From Felis catus (taxonomy: Eukaryota), in assembly GCF_018350175.1 (NCBI RefSeq), contig NC_058368.1, forward strand, positions 145,454,001 to 145,518,000: 64,000 nucleotides of DNA, in the 5' to 3' direction. Under the pieces are notes generated by a model. It did not search any database. It saw only the letters and a list, made by a program, of their open reading frames with translations, and had not been told where the DNA came from. The translations under genes were made by a program, and so were the position numbers. This document shows positions 63,415 to 64,000 of this stretch, in pieces (positions within the stretch are counted from its first letter, which is position 1; each line of letters opens with the position of its first letter).

Positions 63415-64000
63415 GTTAGAGAATATTTTTATTTTATTCTATGTCATTCTTTCCCTCTGCTCGTATTTTCTTCTTGTATTCTCTCCCCTACTCTTTTTGC
63501 CTATTTCATTTCCCTATATCCTTACAAATTTCAGTTCAGAAACAGTTTCCTTTAAAACACCTTCTCAGATCCAGAGTTGGTTTAGCCTTCCTGTTATAAA
63601 CTCTCAAAACATCCTATAATTTTCCGTTATAGTGCTTATCACAATTTTAAATTACATATTTGGATAGTTTTTAAAAAACATATTAACGTCTTTCTTTGTC
63701 ATTATACCGTGTGCTCCCATGTGGGCAGACCCTGTTTTCTTTCTCTTTATGGTACACCTAGCGCTGATACGGTACTTATCATATAGCGAGCGGTCAATAA
63801 AAATGTATGAAGGAAATGAGAATAGAAACTAAGTTGGCATATTCACTAAGAAGTACATGATTTAGCTTGTGTCGTCTACAGTGCTTCAGAGTTTTACTCA
63901 TAGGTACGTTTGCCAAAAAATTAACTTTTGATTAATAATAGGTTTGCAATAAGTGATCTGAAAAAAGTAGAGAAAATGCATCTGCAAAAGTAGATATAAA

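Overview
Mammalian genomic DNA, judged carnivore and most likely felid from the SINE and L1 families present. It lies inside the ATG10 gene (E2-like autophagy enzyme) on the + strand. Only two coding exons are present: 48415-48553 (139 nt) and 63317-63414 (98 nt), which splice in frame. The rest is intronic and repeat-rich: about 28 tRNA-derived Can-SINEs, a full-length but decayed antisense L1 (about 17440-24228), a 2.8-kb L1 with an internal inversion, older L1M/L2/MIR fragments, an LTR16-like solo LTR and several hAT/Tigger DNA-transposon relics. I see no new protein-coding system. The most unusual signal is a set of locally templated insertions. One is a two-fragment (direct + inverted) 118-bp patch copied from 2.4-2.7 kb upstream. 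Another is a ~105-bp inverted copy of nearby unique intron DNA inside a SINE. Several smaller fold-back insertions are also present, plus a +/-/+ rearranged L1 within one perfect TSD. Repeat family names come from recognition, not a database search, and repeat boundaries are approximate unless a TSD is quoted.
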